A DNA stretch of 64,000 bases from Podarcis liolepis (Eukaryota). A program made the position numbers and the translations under genes. The stretch lies in NCBI GenBank assembly GCA_965112155.1, contig OZ218099.1; one strand, given 5' to 3'. The notes under the pieces were generated by a model, which saw only the letters and a program-made list of their open reading frames with translations, was not told the origin of the DNA and ran no database searches. Shown one piece after another: positions 49,483-61,752 of the stretch. Each line of letters opens with the position of its first letter. The stretch's first letter is position 1.

Positions 49483-49697
49483 CAGTGGTACCTCGGGTTA
49501 AGAACTTAATTCATTCTGGAGGTTTGTTCTTAACCTGAAACTGTTCTTAACCTGAAGCACCACTTTAGCTAATGGGGCCTCCCACTGTCGCCATGTGATT
49601 TCTGTTCTCATCCTGAAGCAAAGTTCTCATCCTGAGGTACTATTTCTGGGTTAGCGGAGTCTGTAACCTGAAGTGTCTATAACCCGAGGTACCACTG
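49483..49697. mobile_element. Tc1/mariner (Tigger/pogo-like) MITE
   Basis: Perfect TIR CAGTGGTACCTCGGGTTA...TAACCCGAGGTACCACTG with TA TSD. Confidence 0.88.
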
Positions 49698-49723
49698 TAA
49701 TGGCATTAGCTCCAGGGCTGGAA

Positions 49724-49792
<69 letters not shown>

Positions 49793-51772
49793 TAGTGGTG
49801 GATCCAGGAAATGAAGAGCTTTTAGATCTGGTGGACCCAAAGCCTCCTTTGACCCCTGACCTTTTCACCCTTACCATCCCTGGAACACTACCAACAGGGC
49901 AGCTGTATTGGCAGAGCTTTCCTCTGCAGATGACTCTCCTCTCCATGGACAGACCTCCTTCTCAATCCACACTAAGTTGTCAACACTTGAGTCTGAATTC
50001 AGTAAGCAAGGTACAACAAAGTATACAGATGGGGTAGGTTTTCATGGAAAACGTATTTCTCTATTGTGACTTTTCATACTAGCAAAGCTGGTCCATACAG
50101 CACTCAGACCACTAGTACATGCTTCTGCTTGTGGAGCAGGCCAAGGAGCCTTGCTTTCCAAGTCTTGTAATGTTTCAGGCTTGTTGGCTCTGTCTCCCAG
50201 TACCATGCAATCCAATACCATTTAAGGACCTGGGAGTGTTAGAAGCAAATTTACAGGGGTTAAATCTTTCCTTCTTGCCATTTCTGTAGCTACTTATGGG
50301 AAGACATGTATCACAACATTTCTCAAAAAAATCCCATCATTAGAAGCAGGCTGTCACAGACTGTTTATGAAATAGCATCAGGGAGCTCTTCACAACAATA
50401 GTTTAGGCTTTCGAGTCTTGGTTTGTTTGAGTAACAACCAGCAGAAGACAAATTTTATTGCAAGGCGACATTATGGAAATGTGGAGATTACCTTGTAAAC
50501 AGATGGCACTGGTGTTCACTGACATTTCTCAATGTATCTCCTGTCTTTATGTCAGTGGGGAAACAAATTATCTTTAGTCCACTGGTGGAAGAAATCCAAT
50601 TGTCCATATTAGATTAGCTGTAGTTAGCTTTTTGGGGCGGCAATAACTCCCTATTTACTGGAATAATTTTTCTTTGGTATTGAGGTTTTGGATCAAGTGG
50701 AGCAATTATTTATCACAACATAAAAAAGTAAGACTGCTGTTGGAAAAAGAAACTCTCTGTAGAAACTAAATTATATGTCTTGTTTTCCCCTCATCAAAGG
50801 GATAAGAATAATCTTTGTGGAAAGTGAGCTCTGTGAAATTTTGCAGAAATGCTATATTATATTTTTCTTAATAAATCTGATGTGCTTTTCTTTCTGCTAT
50901 GTCATGCAAACAGCCAGTTCCCATGCATACCATTCAATTCATGCTGGCACTATGATTAGTTGAGAAAGTAGCATTGCCAGTCTTGTGGCCTTCTAAACAA
51001 CTGGATGAGGTGTAGAGCAGATGGGTTAGGACATGCTAATGTCCTTGCCGTTGAAGATTTTTGCACCATTCATTTTATAGAATGTCTAGTGGTATCATTT
51101 GTAAGAGAGAAGCATGTAGTAGCAGTGAGGCAAATCCCCTCTGTTGCACAGCTGACTTCCCAGCTGCATGGGAGCTCATATCTGAAGCAGCCTTTAGGAA
51201 GTAGATCATCTGAATGACCAAGCCAAGTGGGTGGGGAGCAGTCAGCTTGGTCTTTCACACTGAGCCAGCGTTGTGACAGGAGAGAGGGCGTTGATTCCAT
51301 GGGAAAGGCTGTGCAATTAGCTACTTCCCACAGGGTTAGATCATTTCAATGTTCTCCCAGCCACGTAGGAGTACATGAGAGATTATCTAAAGGGCCCCGG
51401 AGAATGGCAAAATCAGCAAAGTTTCTATCTTGGTATGTGGGACAGGCTGCAGAAATCCCATAGGGACTTGAGAATCAATGACACACCAATTAGGTTGTTG
51501 AAGTAGAATACTGTTGGCATCCGTCTGTTTCAGGAGACAATGGAGGAGAGCACCTTTGGGAGTGAAGTGCAGAGATTTAGCTGAATGAACTAGGAGCTCT
51601 GCAGACCTAGCAGGATACATCAGACTCCAGCCTACGAAGGCAACAAAGAAAATACGGAAGCTACGATTTGCACCAGGAAAAAAACACACCTGTGACTAGG
51701 TGCACTCATGATTAAAAATCACAGAACACAAATCTCTTAGGGGAAAGCCGAGTGCCAGATCATGCAAATTGT

Positions 51773-52472
51773 AGCCCAAGGCAGAAGAAATCTCTGTCTC
51801 TTTCCCTAGGGATGGCTGCGGATTTAAAGACATGCTTTAAAATTCATTATTCTGCTCCCAACGTTCAAAAGAGGACTCCATTGGGATATTATATGCAGAG
51901 CTCTTCCATGGATCTTTTGTAAAATAGCAAATTACAGAACATAAGGCCATGAATCTGTATGACAGAAAGGACCGCTTACTGTCTCCATGGTGGGAGTGGT
52001 GACTGCAGCCTGGTGTGGCCATGGCTGGGCGGAAGTGGCCATCTGATTCCTGAATGGCTGGGGGAGGCCATCATTTCCCCCTCTGCTGGCCGCATGGGCT
52101 GCCAGAGCTTGTCTGCAATTTAGCCAGTAGCAGGCTAGCTAGGGCCATGGCTTACAGCATGGACCAGAGCAAAGACTCCAAGGCTCAGTCTTCTCTCTGG
52201 TCTTCACCCTGGGCATATAAGTGGGGCCTGCCCAGACCTAGCAGCTCATTCAACATAGGATTTAATACAAAATACAGCCCAAGGCTCAAGAAATCTCCTT
52301 CTCTTTTTCTAGCGAATAACGATGGCTGCAGATTTAAAGACTTGTTTTAAAATTCATTATTCTGCTCCCAACGTTCAAAACAAGACTCCCTTGGGATATT
52401 ACACATGGAGCTCTTCCATGGATCTATTGTAAAATAGCAAATTACAGAACATAAAGCCATGAATTTGTATGA
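51773..52472 (+). repeat. Local direct duplication of a ~190-bp unit (51773-51962 and 52276-52472)
   Basis: Long identical stretches in both copies, e.g. TTTAAAATTCATTATTCTGCTCCCAACGTTCAAAA and TGTAAAATAGCAAATTACAGAACATAA. Confidence 0.9.
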
Positions 52473-53500
52473 GGGGAAATTGCTTGACTAGATGGTGGGC
52501 TGATAACACTTTGAGAGAAACAATGGTCTAGGGAGCAATGGATACAAAGTTGAAACCCTCGCTCTGTTTGCAGGGACATAGCTAGCTGCTCCAGCACCTG
52601 GAGTGGCGGGGGTGGGGTGACCTGATCACGGGGGCGCCATGGCAATCCGCTCAGGGGGGCGCTGCGGCGAGCTGCCCACGGAGTCCGTCTGGCGGACGCA
52701 AGCCCCACGGTGCCATTTTGGGCAGTGTGGGGGCCCCGAGACACCACATCACTCCCAGGAGAGATGTGTGGTTCAAGCGCGCTGCAGGCCAGGCCCTGTG
52801 GGAAATGCCCCCACAGTGTGCCATTTTGCCACCCCCTCAGGGATGACACCCGGGGCAGGCCACACTCCCTGCACACACCCCCTTCCTACGCCCCTGTTTG
52901 TTTGTGCTTTGTATGGTAAAAAGACAAATTAATCCCTGAAGTTAAATCCATTTAGCTCTTCAGAGGGAGAAAAGGCTTATTGAGTCCTACAAATGGTCCT
53001 TCAAAGCCCAGGACATCACCTACCTGTATTGAATGCCTTTGGAAGAAACTGCAAGATAGTAAGGAAGCAATGAAGTGCTTCCTCTCTGCCCCCCCCTTTT
53101 TTTTACCGTAGGGCTGTGGAAAATGGATGAATTCAAGTAATGAATGAATTAAAAATAACTGCCCTGAAATCTATGGATGAAGGATAAATGTAATAAATAA
53201 ACAATGAACAATAACATAATAAAATTCAAGAGACCCCTGAACAGGTCTGTCCCTTTCACGTGAGTTTTGGCGAGTAGAATATGCCTATAGACAGTAAGTA
53301 GACCATTTTCATAGCTTCCACGCTCTCTTTGTGTGTTTGTTTGTGTGTGCATGTAATGTATATTGTTATAATTTTATTTTATTGTGTATATAACACAGAG
53401 AGAATTATAACAACAGACAAAAATTGAAGGATGAAAAACAAACCAATAAGACAGGTGCATAGAATGAGTTAAAGTCTAAGTAAAAACTATCAACTTTATT

Positions 53501-53674
53501 CAGTGCTTTTTTTCTGGGGGGACGCAAGGGGATGCATACCCCTAAACATTTTGTGAATTTTTGTACTTTTCTCCATTTACTGTATTTATTTTTCCCAATT
53601 TGAACTAAAAAATGGTGATTTCCTTGAGTCAAAATGAGAATACCTCTAAACATTTCTTTTAGAAAGAAGCACTG
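53501..53674. mobile_element. hAT MITE
   Basis: CAGTGCTTTTT...AAGAAGCACTG termini. TSD ACTTTATT/ACTTTATC. Confidence 0.8.
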
Positions 53675-54986
53675 ACTTTATCAGATCAACTATACTACAG
53701 CATAGCTTCCAGTACTGCAACCTGTTGAAAACAAAGAAGGAAGATGAAACTCCATGGAATTTTTTTACAGAGAAAGAACCTTATAAATTAGATAGTCTTT
53801 TATTTTTAGAGGGAGAGAGGTTGCATTAGCTTGGGGATGGAAATCTGCGGGAGATGAGTTGCTTGCAAGTGCCCCGGAAGGAAGCAGAGGTCATTATGGG
53901 GACTTGTAGAAGAATGAGTGGATTTAGAATAGCAGCTGGGGGGGGGCTAATATTGGGCCTTCAAGATGTTTATGGAGTGCAACTCCCATTATCCTCAGTC
54001 TCTAGCTATGCTGACTATGGTTGCAGGAAACTGGAACTGAAAAACAACCCCTTTGCTAACCCTGATTTAGAGACACTGCCCTGGGAAGACCCTCACTATA
54101 TGGATCAGGAAAGGAAAACTATTCCCCACCCTACCCCCTGCCCTCTCACACAAACCAAGTTTCCAGACACCCAGTCCAGATTATTCCTGACCCTGTGCTA
54201 TGCTTCTCCAAATGGTTGTTTTGAAAATCCATCTGCTTATTTTGATTCCTCTGCACGAAACACCTAATCTGCCTTTGCTCGCAACTCTTCCCCTGCCTTT
54301 GCTATGCTCCACACTTCAGCTCTTCTGAGAAAAGTCTAAGGTTTGTTTAAAATCCTTCCTTCTACATTTTAAATGTGCTTTTTGTGGTGATAATGGCAAA
54401 CCCCCTTGATGGTGTTAGTTTCTGGCTTTTAAAGAAACATTAGCATACTAAATAGAATTGTAAGTGGTGGTGTGCATCTAAGAAACTGGTAGGATAAATC
54501 TGAACTCACAAATAAAATTAACCTGCAAAACGCAGAAACTCATCATATTTACACGAGCATTAATGATGTTTTGAAATCATTTGTGCCCAGTCCTGGTATA
54601 ATATTAGCACCACTGAACTCATAACTCAGAAGAAGAAAGAATTGGTGGCATTGAAATCTTGGGATTTACTAGCATTTTTTATTACTGACATAAATAAAAA
54701 TTTTGGAGGCAAAAATAAATCCTTTACTATTTTATTTTACTAGTTTATTTTACTATTTGTACCCCACCCATTTGACTCGGTTGCCCCAGCCAATATGGCT
54801 TGATCACTTTTGTATTCCCACTGGGACCTCATTTATACAGTATGTCACATAAACACTTGATATGACCTCAGTTCTGCCAAGAAAATTAAATCTTATGAAC
54901 ACCTTCCCATGTGGGTTGAACCAAGTTCAGCCGTGCATAGGAACATAAGGAGCTGCCTTCTTCTGAGTCAGACCATTGGTCTATCT

Positions 54987-55120
54987 TAAGGTTACCAGAT
55001 TTTTTTCAATGAATCCGGGGACACTTTTCAACTTCCTACTAAATAGATGGATTTTTGTCAGGGGAGTGATTTGTAAATCCAGGGACTGTCCCCGGGAAAC
55101 GGGGACGTCTGGTAACCTTA
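54987..55120. mobile_element. hAT MITE
   Basis: TIR TAAGGTTACCAGA...TCTGGTAACCTTA with a perfect 8-bp TSD GTCTATCT. Confidence 0.85.
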
Positions 55121-55381
55121 GTCTATCTTGCTCAGTATTGTCTAAGGGGTGCAAAATTGCATCTGGCCCTGATCCTCATCCTTGCACATCCCATGGGCCA
55201 AACTTGCCAGGTGCGTGGAGCCACCCACCTGTCAATCATCTGACATCACAATGACCCCAAGTGACCCATTTTTGCCCACATGGTTTCAAATCAAACCACA
55301 TGGGCAGAAAAGTGTGTGCAGTGCCTCCCGAGCACTGACAAGCAGCTGGTCATTGGTGCTGGGAACGCCCAGAACAAAATA

Positions 55382-55549
55382 CCGTATTTTTCGCTCTATA
55401 ACACGCACCCGACCATAACACACACGTAGTTTTTAGAGGAGGAAAATCCGTAGGCATGCCACCCATAGGCATTCCCTCCATAACACGCACAGACATTTCC
55501 CCTTACTTTCTAGGAGAAAAAAGTGAGTGTTATGGTGCAAAAAATAGGG
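55382..55549. mobile_element. Tc1/mariner-type MITE
   Basis: TA|CCGTATTTTT...AAAAATAGGG|TA termini. Confidence 0.7.
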
Positions 55550-55874
55550 TACATCCCAAGTGCTGACAATCAGCTTGCAGCCATATATCAAAGTTGCTCT
55601 GATACGTTGTGCTTCAATTGAAAACTTTCAGATTAAAATCTGTGTCAAATACCTTATGATATTTAGCAATATATAATAAAATCTAGAATCAGAGATGGAT
55701 ATCCTTTTTATCACTACCAGTTTATTGAGCATTTGCCTTGGTGAGTCTGCACAAAGTTTGCAGGGAGTTTCTGTAATGCTGTCTGTTTACTGAGCGTTAG
55801 TAAAAGAGTCTCTGGAGCATCGTCAAAGTAAGCATTTGAAACGTACAAGAAATAAACTGAATGATCCTCAAAAT

Positions 55875-56170
55875 CAGGGCCAGATTTAGGTTTGATGAGG
55901 CCCTAAACTACTGAAGGTAATGAGGCCCTTTATATGTCCAGCTGTCCTTTGTCAACAACAAATTGTCACTGTTTTTTGTGTTTAATATACTGTATGCTAT
56001 ATGGCAATTTATCGACCTAACAGGTACCTAAAGCCATTTGCCACTGTTGCTGTATGTAGGTTTTATTTTATTTGTTTTTTATCCTTTTTTTCTTTTAATT
56101 TTGGGGAGGGGCCTAAGACAGTGGGGCCCTAAGCTAGAGTTTGTTTAGCTTATACGTAAATCCAGCACTG
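55875..56170. mobile_element. hAT MITE (internally deleted relative of 16268-16980)
   Basis: CAGGGCCAGATTTA...TAAATCCAGCACTG termini. 8-bp TSD CTCAAAAT/CTTAAAAT. Confidence 0.8.
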
Positions 56171-57037
56171 CTTAAAATTCAAGGCCTCAAATTCTGCCCT
56201 TTCCATTGGAAGGAAGTCTGAGGCAAGGGTCCTTTGCCTTCCACTCTCCCTCTGTCATCCTTACAACCAACCACTCTCTTCCCACATAAAACAGTAATGC
56301 AGTAACAAACAGTTCTGTACAAAATACTTTTTGTTTTCTTGTTTGTTTTCCCTCTTAGGTAATGAAAGTCATGCTTTGTGTTAATCAGAGTAAATAGAAC
56401 TAAGGTGTTGATTAAGGTCCTGAAATAAAGGGAGCAAACGTGTTCAGCACTGATGAAGAAACATTTTCTGAAACTCTTTTGGGAGTCTGCGAGCGTCACT
56501 TGGGTAACTTCAGAATATATTGACGTGCAAGTGAGGCGATTGCCGGCTTTCTGGTTAAAGAGGAGACACACACTGTCCTCGCTGCTGTCTCCCTGCATCT
56601 CTGCAAAGTCATGAGGCAACCATCGTACTTAAGTATTTTCATTTTACAAAATGGGAACGGAAAACCATGGATGACACCTTCAGCTTCTCAGTGGGGGCTC
56701 AGGAGAAACAGCCAGGGACCTGCTACCACTCCTCCCCAAAATCTGCCCGAGGCAGTTGCTTCATTCTGTCTAATGGTAAGGCCATTATTGGAGGAAAAGA
56801 AGGACAAACATGAAGTCAACTAATATGAATTTGCTGGTGAAGTTATGGAGGTCCATAGAACCCAACTATTGGTTGTCTGCCCTGGAGACTGGGACTCTTT
56901 ACACACCATTTGTTCAAAGCCCATGACTTCTCCCATGGGATCCTGGGAATTCAGTTTATCCCTCACAGAACTGAGCACCCTCAACAAAGCAGCACCCTCA
57001 ACAAACTACAGTTCCCAGGATTCTTTAGGAGGAAGTA

Positions 57038-57216
57038 GGGATGTGGGTGGTGCTGTGGTCTAAACCACAGAGCCTAGGGTTTGCCAATCAGAAGGCTGGT
57101 GGTTCAAATCCCTGCAACAAGGTGAGCTCCTGTTGCTTGGCCCCAGCTCCTGCCCACCTAGCAGTTCGAAAGCACGTCAAAGTGCAAGTAGTGGCAGGAA
57201 GCTAAACGGCATTTCC
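57038..57216 (+). mobile_element. Sauria SINE 5' part
   Basis: Head and core similar to the 19269 copy. Followed by (ATT)n at about 57241-57320. Confidence 0.8.
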
Positions 57217-57240
57217 AGAGTGGTGGGGCAACCCAGTCAG

Positions 57241-57285
<45 letters not shown>

Positions 57286-57730
57286 TTATCATCATCACTA
57301 TTATTACTATTACTATTATTGAATAGGACATCCCTATTTTCATTGGAGAAATGTTTTCAACGTCAAAAGCAAAATGGGCAAGCTCTCTACTAGATTCCAC
57401 CATTGTCCCTTGCACATTTTCTGACCCATTAAATGTGCATATACTGTTGTGACTGAGATGGCTTTCACTTCCCATACTACATGCAGGGCAGGCAAATAAT
57501 ATGGGAGTGTCCATTCAATTTCCTGGGGGCCGTGGTGCTTGCCCTTCTTTTCTTTTTTACCTGCCATATCAATCCAATCTGCACTTAGCTGGACATTTAA
57601 ACCATTAGGAGTTTCTTCTAAGAAGACGTGTATAGGATTGCACAGCAAATCTTGCTATTCATTCTTTACATTCTAGAATAAACTTGAAGACTGAAGATTT
57701 GCAAATGGTGTGTTAAGAAATTGCAGATAA

Positions 57731-58434
57731 CACAGCAGAAGGAACAATGTTTCACATATGGTGGGGATGCAAGAAAATAAAAAATATGGAGTTCAATCCA
57801 CAAAGAGCTAAAAAAGATGTTTAAAACATCTTTTGAGAAAAGGCCAGAAGGCTTCCTAGTAGGTATCATTACTAAGGTCATCACTAATGATAAGAAAAGA
57901 ATATTTTTATATGTCACGGCTGCTGCCAGGTTGTTGATAGCTAAAAATTGGAAAAGGGAGAACGTCCCCTCAATAGAGGATTGGTTAAACAAATTACAGT
58001 GGTACCTCGGGTTACATACGCTTCAGGTTACATACGCTTCAGGTTACAGACTCCGCTAACCCAGAAATAGTACCTCGGGTTAAGAACTTTGCTTCAGGAT
58101 GAGAACAGAAATCGTGCTCTGGCGGCGCGGCGGCAGCAGGAGGCCCCATTAGCTAAAATGGTGCTTCAGGTTAAGAACAGCTTCAGGTTAAGAACGGACC
58201 TCCGGAACAAATTAAGTACTTCACCCGAGGTACCACTGTATGTGAATTCACTAAATTGGCTGAAATGACATCGGCCATTAGACTTCAGTCGAATCAAAAA
58301 CTCAAGAAGGAATGGAACTGCTTAGAAAAATATATGACAAGACATCGTTCCAAAACAAATTTATTGATATGCCTGGACTAAGTTCATAAAGGAGTGGAAA
58401 AAATTATTGTAAGATTGTTCTGGGGGGCCAAAGT

Positions 58435-58514
<80 letters not shown>

Positions 58515-58717
58515 ATGATAAGTTCAAAATATATTAAAGGATGTTGTGTTGTGGTGGAGGGAAGTCACAAAAATAGAATGAGATAGACACAGAATGGAAA
58601 ACAGGGATTTTATCAATGTAATAATTTACACTGTATATTCTGTATACCTTAGAGTACATATTTCATGTTATAACAATTAAATGAAATAAAGATTGAAAAG
58701 TCAAAAAAAGGGGGGGG
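57731..58717 (+). mobile_element. 5'-truncated L1-clade LINE (ORF2 C-terminus, 3' UTR, A-rich tail)
   Basis: Translates HMWWGC...AARLLIAKNWK...W..KL, typical of non-mammalian L1. AATAAA then an A-rich tail. 15-bp TSD AGAAATTGCAGATAA (57716-57730 and 58718-58732) at a TT/AAGAAA endonuclease-type site. Confidence 0.85.
57997..58238. mobile_element. Tc1/mariner (Tigger/pogo-like) MITE nested in the L1
   Basis: TIR CAGTGGTACCTCGGG...CCCGAGGTACCACTG with TA TSD. It interrupts the L1 reading frame. Confidence 0.88.
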
Positions 58718-61411
58718 AGAAATTGCAGATAATTTCATACTGTTATTTCTTTGGGGGAAAGATAAGAAAAATAAATGTGTTCATCATGTATCTTTGGCTG
58801 TTCTTAAGTCTCACAAGCAGCTTTTCACAAGCCTATTAAGCTTTTATTTTTCTTCTACTCAAATTTTGTCACATTGTTTAGATTCTTTCGTATTTCAACC
58901 ACAGTAAAACTGTCAGAAGAATCACCAGAAAACAGAAAGAGGTAAGGATCGCATTTGACAACATCGGTTCCCACATCTGACAATTTAACGTCCCGTTATT
59001 TAGCACAGCAAATTATTTAGTGAGTCAGAAGAACATCGCTGTCACCATCCATACAGCAAATTACAGTGATAGCGGACAAGAAGTTAAATCTATAAATAAC
59101 ATTTTGATAATACTTGCTTGTCTTATTTTGATAATGCTTGCTTGCCTTATTCGTGCACGGAGCATTGCTTACCTTTCCTAAAGTGTTCAGGCCACCAAAT
59201 ATATCATCACAGCAACCCTGTAATATACCTTCATATTACAGAACTAGAGGTGAGATGGTGGCTTGTTTAATGATACATAGTGAGCTCATGGCTGCCTTGT
59301 TCCACACAGTCTACAAACCCAACAGTGGCAGACCTGTGTGCCAAAGTGAGGTAGATAGGGCATACCAGTCAACTGTCCCGTTTTAAGTGAGACATCTCGG
59401 AATTGTAGAATCCAATCCCAGCTTCTGTTTGCATCCCAGAATAGGTCCCCCTTTTTTGGTCCAGCGCTCGGTCATGACCCTGCTGATGTCCTGATTTTGG
59501 GGACGAAACTGTTGGAGGTTATGGGTAGAGGTGGGTGACCTCACCCCGGATCATCTTGGATTGACTCGGAAATGAGTTGAATTATTTCCAGAAACAAGTT
59601 GGCTTCAACGCTAGCAAAAATGTACCCACTGTCCCTGTCAGCCCTCCCCAGACCCCCAGACACGCTCCCTGCCATCCCCCCATTACATGAAACATCTCCA
59701 TGAAGACTTTCTGGGTGACAGAGGGAACACTGTACCCGCAGTGGCTGCACAAAGGCCTACTCAACATGCCTTATTATTATTATTATTATTATTATTGTTA
59801 TTATTATTAGAATTTATATATCGCCCTATACCTGCAAGACATGAGGGGGGCTTCTCAGCTTGGCTGAGTTGTTACAAGAATAAAAGTAAAAAGAGAACTA
59901 TCTGCATCACCCAAAGCTCCTTGAGGGAAGGGCAGAATATGCCACTGGTCAGATCAAACAGGGTTGTATTATGTTCTTAAATGCAATAAACCAACTGAGT
60001 AACTTACATAATAAAAGCTAAAGTTAAAAACAAAGAAAGGGAAAAGAACCGGGGAAATAGGCGTGATTCTGTAAAGGTTAAGCAAACCTCCATTTCATTT
60101 CATTGCCCTACTGCAACAATGGAACTTCTTAACTTAACCAGTAAATTAACTTAACCAGTAAATGAAATATAAAGGAAATGGTGGAATCCCCATCCCATAT
60201 CATGCATCAGTAGCATGTTGGGAAGAATCCAGGAATAATTTTAACAAATTAAAAAGCGACTCATGCAATTCAACAATCACTGACATATGATTAAAAAAAA
60301 CAACTGAGGACAGGTTACTTGTTGCATCTTCTAAATTTCACAGCAGATGCTTGCATGTTATGGGTCTTCTTATTCTGCAATTGCCATTTTCATGATATCT
60401 TGAACAGTCAAGGGTGGTTAAAATGACAGCCTTTCTCCAAACCTAGCAGATGACAGAACTCTTCGTGTCTATGAAGGTTTCAAAGGTAAAGTCAAAGGCA
60501 ATTTTTAAAAGGTGATTTTGTAAAGATAATTAAAAAAAAAGAAAAATAAGCATAAAAGTAGAAATAAAGCTACTCCAAAATGTTTGACCGGTGTGGGGGG
60601 GTGGATGAGAGAGAAAGAGAGCAATTATGCTGCCTTAGCTTCCTCATTGTTGTGGCTGTGAAACCTGTGGCTCTCTAAGGGTTAAACTACAGTTCCCATC
60701 CAACCATTGACCAAGCTGGCTTGGAGTGATGGAAGCTGGAGTCCAGCATCATCCTATCTTACTCTAAATATCAGTCCCTGTGCCTCTCATCTAAAGAAAT
60801 GGAAATCTATACATCCACCCCCTGCAACAGTTCCCATGTGCAAGCTGAGGCAATTTTATTATCCGAAATTGCCGTGTACCTCAAAGCACTGTGCCATTTG
60901 TTGACTATATTATCTCCCATTTTACTTAATAGACTTTCAACACCAGTCTATTGTTTGTACCAGACTACTGCCAAGAGTGCTTTTTATTGCTCTCCTCACG
61001 GCATACATGCACAGGCAATTCAGTTCCTACGTTTCCACAGAAATTACTCAGAAAGACAATGCGGTTCAATTGAGACTACTATTCTGTGATGACTTTTGAG
61101 CATTAGACCATTTTTTACTTTTAGAGATTATGAGATATAGATGCTTTGAAGGAAAATGGATGGCAAAGGTGACATTTTTGCTGTGATTTATAACAGTCTA
61201 ACAGTATGGCGGGGGGGGGGGTTGTTAGTCACCCACTGACTTTATACAGTAGCTTTATGTATTTTTTCCCTTCCAAAAGAAAATTGATCATCAATTTAAA
61301 CAAACTGGCAACAGAATCATTTGCAATTGTTCAATTCACAGGTTACTACTGCATGAGAAGCTGCCCTTTCTCCCCACAGGACACTTTCAAATAATTAAAC
61401 AAGACTACAGT

Positions 61412-61752
61412 GGGATGCGGGTGGCACAGAGCCTAGGACTTGCCGATCAGAAGGTCGGCGGTTCGAATCCCCGCGATGGGGTGAGCTCCTGTTGCTCGGT
61501 CCCTGCTCCTGCCAACCTAGCAGTTCAAAAGCACGTCAAAGTGCAAGTAGATAAATAGGTACCGCTCTGGTGGGAAGGTAAACAGTGTTTCCGTGCGCTG
61601 CTCTGGTTTGCCAGAAGCGGCTTAGTCATGCTGGCCACATGACCCGGAAGCCGTACGCCGGCTCCCTCAGCCAATAAAGCGTGATAAGCGCCACGACCCC
61701 AGAGTCGACCATGACTGAACCTAATGGTCAGGGGTCCCTTTACCTTTACCTT
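61412..61752 (+). mobile_element. Sauria SINE (small deletion in the A-box region)
   Basis: B box GGTTCGAATCC, (ACCTTT)n tail, short TSD TACAGT. Confidence 0.9.

Noticed and set aside
51770-52472. TRIM or mini-LTR retrotransposon
   Set aside because: The second repeat lacks TG...CA ends, and no PBS, PPT or TSD is seen. Kept only as a local duplication.
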